DNA of 29,616 bases from an uncultured Acidobacteriota bacterium (GTDB taxonomy: Bacteria > Actinomycetota > Acidimicrobiia > Spongiisociales > ZC4RG35), in NCBI GenBank assembly GCA_963828465.1, contig CAWHEU010000006.1:1-29616 (forward strand), written 5' to 3'. The notes beneath the pieces are model-generated. The model saw only the letters and a program-made list of their open reading frames with translations, searched no databases and was not told the origin of the DNA. The translations under genes and the position numbers were made by a program. Positions 24,453 to 29,616 of the stretch are shown in pieces. Numbering within the stretch: the first letter of the stretch is position 1; each line of letters starts with the position of its first letter.

Positions 24453-26567
24453 ATGAGCAACGGAAACGCTGCCATATCGCATCTGCGCCAGGTGCCGCTG
24501 AGCCGGACCCGAAACATCGGGATCATGGCTCATATCGACGCGGGCAAGACCACTCTGACCGAGCGCATCCTCTATTACACCGGCCGTAATTACAAGATCG
24601 GTGAGGTCCACGAGGGCGCCGCCACGATGGACTGGATGGAGCAGGAGCAGGAGCGTGGCATCACCATCACGTCCGCCGCAACCACCTGCGTCTGGCACGA
24701 GCACCTGATCAACATCATCGACACCCCGGGACACGTCGACTTCACGGTCGAGGTGGAGCGGTCCCTCCGTGTCCTCGATGGCGCAATTGCGGTGTTCGAC
24801 GGCGTCGCCGGCGTCGAGCCCCAGTCAGAGACCGTGTGGCGTCAGGCCGACCGTTATGGCGTGCCCCGCATCTGTTTCATCAACAAGCTGGATCGCACCG
24901 GCGCCGACTTCTACTTCGACGTCCAGTCGATCATCGATCGACTCGGGGCACGTCCGCTCGTGCTCCAGCTCCCGATCGGGACCGAGGCCGACTTCACCGG
25001 CGTTGTCGACCTGGTCGAGATGAAGGCCCATATCTGGAAGGGTGACGACGGGAAGCACTGGGACACCAGCGATATCCCGGCCGACCTCGCCGACCGCGCC
25101 GCCGAATACCGGGAGAAGCTGCTCGAGGCGGTCGCCGAGACCTCCGAGGAGCTCCTCGACGCATATCTCGAGAACGGCGACCTGACCTCCAAGGAAATCC
25201 AGGAGGGTGTTCGCGCCGGCACCATCGCCCGCGATTTCACCCCCGTGTTCTGTGGGTCCGCCTTCAAGAACAAGGGCGTCCAGCTTCTTCTCGACGCGGT
25301 GGTCGCCTATCTGCCCAGCCCCGCCGACCTGCCGGCGATCAAGGGCTTCCGGCCCGGCGACGAAGAGGTGGTCGTCGAGCGCATGCCCGAGGACGCCGAG
25401 CCTTTCGCGGCCCTCGCCTTCAAGATCATGTCCGATCCACATGTCGGCAAGCTGACCTATTTCCGGGTGTACTCGGGCCACGCCGCCAAGGGCGACACGG
25501 TCCTCAACACCACGACCGGGCAGAAGGAGCGTCTCGGGCGAATCCTCCGGATGCACGCCAACTCCCGTGAGGACATCGACGATGTGTTCGCCGGAGACAT
25601 CGTGGCGGGAATCGGGTTCAAGAACACCACGACCGGGGACACCCTGTCCGACCAGGGGAAGGCCATCCAGCTCGAGTCGATGGAGTTCCCCGCTCCGGTC
25701 ATCTCGGTGGCAATCGAGCCCAAGACCAAGTCCGACGACGAAAAGCTCTCCGAATCGCTGCACCGACTCTCCGAGGAGGACCCGACATTCCTGGTCAGGA
25801 CCGACGAGGAGACCGGGCAGACGATCATCTCGGGCATGGGCGAGCTCCATCTGGAGATCCTCGTCGACCGCCTCCTTCGCGAGTTCAAGGTGGATGCGAC
25901 CGTGGGCAAGCCCCAGGTGGCCTACCGGGAGACCATCCGTCGGGCGGTGGAGAAGGTCGAGTACCGCCATGTCAAGCAGACCGGCGGCAAGGGCCAGTAC
26001 GCACACGTCGTGATCAATCTCGAGCCCACCGGCCCCGGCGGCGGCTACGAGTTCGTCGACCAGATCAAGGGCGGCAAGGTGCCCCGCGAGTACATACCGT
26101 CGGTCGACGACGGGATCGAGGAGGCGCTCGACCAGGGCATCGTCGCCGGCTACCCGCTGGTCGATGTCCGGGCAACCCTCACCGACGGGTCCGCCCACGA
26201 CGTCGACTCCTCGGAGATGGCTTTCAAGATCGCCGGGTCGATGGCATTGCAGGAGGCCGCCCGCAAGGCCGGCGTCAAGCTGCTCGAGCCGGTCATGGAG
26301 GTCGAGGTGACCACCCCCGACGAGTACATGGGTGATGTGATCGGCGACCTCAACTCCCGCAGGGGCAAGGTCGAAGGCATGACCCAGCGTGGCAACAGCC
26401 AGGTGATCAGGGCCCAGGTGCCCATGTCGGAGATGTTCGGGTATGCCACCGACCTCCGTTCCAAGACACAGGGACGCGCCACTTATTCAATGCAGTTTCA
26501 CTCATATCAGGACGTTCCCGACTCGATCGCAGAAGACATCGTGGCGAGCCGTCGCGGGCAGTCCTGA
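24453..26567 (+). CDS. fusA: Elongation factor G
   Basis: [41 protein letters not shown]. Confidence 0.99.
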   Translation: MSNGNAAISHLRQVPLSRTRNIGIMAHIDAGKTTLTERILYYTGRNYKIGEVHEGAATMDWMEQEQERGITITSAATTCVWHEHLINIIDTPGHVDFTVEVERSLRVLDGAIAVFDGVAGVEPQSETVWRQADRYGVPRICFINKLDRTGADFYFDVQSIIDRLGARPLVLQLPIGTEADFTGVVDLVEMKAHIWKGDDGKHWDTSDIPADLADRAAEYREKLLEAVAETSEELLDAYLENGDLTSKEIQEGVRAGTIARDFTPVFCGSAFKNKGVQLLLDAVVAYLPSPADLPAIKGFRPGDEEVVVERMPEDAEPFAALAFKIMSDPHVGKLTYFRVYSGHAAKGDTVLNTTTGQKERLGRILRMHANSREDIDDVFAGDIVAGIGFKNTTTGDTLSDQGKAIQLESMEFPAPVISVAIEPKTKSDDEKLSESLHRLSEEDPTFLVRTDEETGQTIISGMGELHLEILVDRLLREFKVDATVGKPQVAYRETIRRAVEKVEYRHVKQTGGKGQYAHVVINLEPTGPGGGYEFVDQIKGGKVPREYIPSVDDGIEEALDQGIVAGYPLVDVRATLTDGSAHDVDSSEMAFKIAGSMALQEAARKAGVKLLEPVMEVEVTTPDEYMGDVIGDLNSRRGKVEGMTQRGNSQVIRAQVPMSEMFGYATDLRSKTQGRATYSMQFHSYQDVPDSIAEDIVASRRGQS

Positions 26568-26616
26568 AGAGTCAAAGAGAAGACGGATAGAGAAGAGATA
26601 GAGGAGCCAAGAGGAA

Positions 26617-27807
26617 ATGGCGAAGGCGAAGTTTGAGCGTACGAAGCCGCATGTGAATGTGGGGACGATGGGTCATATTGATCATGGGAAGACGACGTTG
26701 ACGGCTGCGATTACGAAGGTTTTGTCGGAGCGGGTGGGTGGTTCGAATCAGATGACGTCGTTTGACATGATTGATAAGGCGCCTGAGGAGCGTGAGCGGG
26801 GGATCACGATTCAGATTGCTCATGTGGAGTATGAGACTGAGGCTCGTCATTATGCGCATGTGGATATGCCGGGTCATGCTGATTACATCAAGAACATGAT
26901 TACGGGTGCGGCGCAGGTGGATGGGGCGATTCTGGTGGTGTCGGCGGCTGATGGTCCGATGCCTCAGACCCGGGAGCATGTGTTGTTGGCCCGTCAGGTG
27001 GGGGTGCCTTCGATTGTCGTGTTTTTGAACAAGGTGGACATGGTTGATGATGAGGAGCTGTTGGACCTGGTCGAGCTCGAGGTCCGGGATCTTCTGACTG
27101 AATATGAGTTTCCGGGGGATGAGGTTCCTGTGGTCCGGGGGTCTGCGTTGAAGGCGTTGGATGGGGATGAGGCGTCTTCTGATCAGATCATGGAGTTGAT
27201 GACTGCGGTTGATGATTATGTGCCGGAGCCGGATCGGGATACCGAAAAGCCGTTTCTGATGTCGATCGAGGATGTGTTCACTATTACGGGTCGGGGCACG
27301 GTGGTGACTGGTCGGGTGGAGCAGGGGATTTTGAAGGTGAATGAGGAAGTGGAGATCGTGGGGATCCGTCCTACTCATAAGACGGTGGCGACCGGGATCG
27401 AAATGTTCCGCAAACTTCTCGATGAGGGGCGGGCGGGGGACAATGTGGGGGTCCTGCTTCGTGGGGTGGGTAAGGATGATGTGGAGCGGGGTCAGGTCCT
27501 GGCCAAACCAGGGAGCATCACTCCTCATACCGATTTCGAAGCTCAGGTGTATGTGCTGACCAAGGAGGAGGGGGGCAGGCATAACCCGTTCTTCCCCGGG
27601 TATCGACCCCAGTTCTATTTCCGGACTACCGATGTGACCGGTGCCATCCAACTGCCTGAGGGGACTCAGATGGTCATGCCCGGAGACAATACGGAGATGA
27701 CCGTGGAACTGATCGCTCCCATCGCCATGGACGAAGGACTCCGTTTCGCTATCCGTGAAGGTGGCCGCACCGTCGGCGCCGGCCGAGTCGTAAAGATCGT
27801 CAAATGA
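26617..27807 (+). CDS. tuf: Elongation factor Tu
   Basis: [34 protein letters not shown]. Confidence 0.99.
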   Translation: MAKAKFERTKPHVNVGTMGHIDHGKTTLTAAITKVLSERVGGSNQMTSFDMIDKAPEERERGITIQIAHVEYETEARHYAHVDMPGHADYIKNMITGAAQVDGAILVVSAADGPMPQTREHVLLARQVGVPSIVVFLNKVDMVDDEELLDLVELEVRDLLTEYEFPGDEVPVVRGSALKALDGDEASSDQIMELMTAVDDYVPEPDRDTEKPFLMSIEDVFTITGRGTVVTGRVEQGILKVNEEVEIVGIRPTHKTVATGIEMFRKLLDEGRAGDNVGVLLRGVGKDDVERGQVLAKPGSITPHTDFEAQVYVLTKEEGGRHNPFFPGYRPQFYFRTTDVTGAIQLPEGTQMVMPGDNTEMTVELIAPIAMDEGLRFAIREGGRTVGAGRVVKIVK

Positions 27808-28113
27808 GCGACCAGCAGAAGATCCGCATCCGCCTCAAGGCGTACGACCACAACGTGGTCGACGAGTCTTCGAAGAAGATCACCGAGACCGTGGTGCGGA
27901 CCCAGGCCAAGGTAAAGGGACCGATTCCTTGCCCACCGAGATCCACCGGTACTGCGTCATCCGCGGGCCACACGTGGACAAGGACTCGCGCGAGCACTTC
28001 GAGATGAGGATCCACAAGCGCCTCATCGACATCCTCGAGCCGACCCCCAAGACGGTCGACTCACTCATGCGTCTCGAGTGCCCGCCGGCGTCGAAGTGGA
28101 GCTGAAGTTGTGA
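27804..28113 (+). CDS. rpsJ: 30S ribosomal protein S10 (two -1 indels, near 27927 and 28078)
   Basis: [12 protein letters not shown]...GPIP / [35 protein letters not shown] / [10 protein letters not shown]. Confidence 0.96.
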
Positions 28114-28199
28114 ATTCGCTGGCTGCCCTCGCAGCGGGCTGCTAGGCTTGCAGAACCCGCACGGTGGTCGCAACTCCCCCCGATCCCAGGAGCTCGGCA

Positions 28200-28837
28200 A
28201 TGAAGCCATCCTCGGCACGAAACTGGGCATGACTCAGGTCTTCGACGACCAGGCGAGGGCAATCCCTGTCACGGTCATCAAGGCCGGGCCCTGTCGCGTC
28301 GTCCAGATCAAGACCGAGGAAACCGACGGTTACAACTCGATCCAGATCTCGTTCCGCGATGCCAAGCCGGGGAAGGTCAACAAGCCTGAAGCCGGTCACT
28401 ACGCCAAGGCGGGAGTGGCCCCGGCTCGTCATCTCGTCGAGCTGAGGGTCGACGATCCCAGTGCCTACACCGTCGGCCAGGAGATCCGCATCGCCGACCT
28501 CTTCCAGGCCGGGACCAAGGCCGACGTGTCCGGGGTCTCCAAGGGCAAGGGGTTCGCCGGGGTCATGGAGCGTCATAACTTCTCCGGCCAAGGCGCCTCG
28601 CATGGGAGCCACAAGGTGCATCGCGCCCCCGGTTCCATTGGCGCCTGTGCCACACCTGCCCGTGTCTTCAAGGGCACCCGCATGGCCGGCCGTCTCGGCG
28701 GTGAGCGAGTGACGACCCTGAACATCGACATCGTCGGCGTCGATGGCGAACGTGACATCCTCCTGCTCGGCGGCGCCGTCCCCGGTCCCAAGGGCTCAGT
28801 GGTCCTGGTTCGAGAGGCGGTCAAGGCCCATGGCTGA
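28200..28837 (+). CDS. rplC: 50S ribosomal protein L3 (-1 indel near 28204)
   Basis: AGGAG then ATG 28200; one added base restores [13 protein letters not shown]; [21 protein letters not shown]. Confidence 0.97.
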
Positions 28838-29505
28838 CGTAAAAGCCCCTCTCTACACCTCGGACGGCACAGCCAAGGGTGATTTCAAGCTGGATGCAGA
28901 GGTCTTCGGGATCGAGCCCAACCTTCCGGTGCTCCATCAAGTGATCACAGCCCAATTGGCAGCGAAGCGATCCGGCACAGCCTCGACCAAGACCCGAGCC
29001 GAGGTGCGTGGTGGAGGTCGCAAGCCCTGGCGCCAGAAGGGTCTGGGCCGGGCTCGTCAGGGCTCGATCCGCGCCCCGCACTGGGTCGGCGGCGGTATCG
29101 CCCATGGGCCCAAGCCACGCGATTTCACCCAGAGGACGCCCAAGAAGATGAAGCGTCTCGCCCTCCGCAGCGCCCTCTCCACCACGCCTCCGAGGAAGCG
29201 GTCATGGTGATCGAGGACATCGATTGGTCCTCCCCCAAGACCAAGCAGGCGGTAACCCTGCTCGAGGCGATCGGAGCCGGTGGCAAGTCATTGGTCGTAC
29301 TCGGGAAGCTCGACGGGACCGCCGGCCGCTCTTTCCGGAACCTCCCCGACGTCCACCTCTGCGAGCCGGTCACCTGACGCCCTACGACGTCCTGTGGGCC
29401 GACCAGGTGATCTTCACGTCTCACACCGTGGGGTCGGTGGGCCGTTCCAGCTCGTACGAGGTCAGCAACAGCGACTTCGTGAAAGATGATGGGGGTGAGT
29501 CCTGA
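28830..29505 (+). CDS. rplD: 50S ribosomal protein L4 (indels near 29180 and 29369)
   Basis: [27 protein letters not shown], then PKTKQA...RSFRNLP, then [10 protein letters not shown] in successive frames. Confidence 0.96.
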
Positions 29506-29616
29506 TGAAGGACCCACGCGATGTGATCCTCGCCCCAGTCGTCTCGGAGAAGTCCTACGACCTCATCGAGAACAACAACACGTACACCTTCGAGGTCGAT
29601 CCTCGGACCAACAAGG
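29505..29616 (+). CDS. rplW: 50S ribosomal protein L23 (partial, runs off right edge)
   Basis: [37 protein letters not shown]; TGATG overlap with rplD. Confidence 0.96.
   Translation, partial: MKDPRDVILAPVVSEKSYDLIENNNTYTFEVDPRTNK

Noticed and set aside
26790-27420. Residual C-ending codons in tuf seeming to sit in GATC sites (methylation protection)
   Set aside because: G-ATT contexts are about as frequent as G-ATC by eye, so there is no clear enrichment without a formal count.
24825-27651. Long antisense ORFs (457 aa over fusA, 359 aa over tuf, and others over rpoBC and the MFS gene)
   Set aside because: Shadow frames expected from high-GC codon bias; no recognisable motifs or initiation signals.

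Overview
High-GC actinobacterial chromosome segment. The RpoC coiled-coil insert, nucS and a WhiB gene place it in Actinomycetota; Acidimicrobiia is my impression and is unverified. The left half holds housekeeping and accessory genes: nhaA, class II fba, ybaN-like, a BNR beta-propeller plus MoaD/ThiS pair, MFS-nucS-trmL, M20 and M50 peptidases, an acyl-CoA dehydrogenase, whiB, a rimB-rimK-AstE/AspA cassette, a small membrane protein and a VanW protein. The right half is rpoBC, an inserted Thr/Pro-rich membrane protein gene, then rpsL-rpsG-fusA-tuf fused to rpsJ-rplC-rplD-rplW. Single-base indels interrupt several genes, including essential ribosomal ones, and are most likely sequencing errors. 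The strongest unexplained signal is in tuf: its synonymous positions are almost purely G/T at the 5' end, fading toward the 3' end, unlike its C-ending neighbours. Other leads are structured leaders (rpoB, rpsL, rpsG-fusA spacer), an ECF-type promoter on whiB, a REP-like element, and a RimK glutamylation cassette near an RpoC that ends in EDEEE. I saw no CRISPR array, tRNA, rRNA or transposase.
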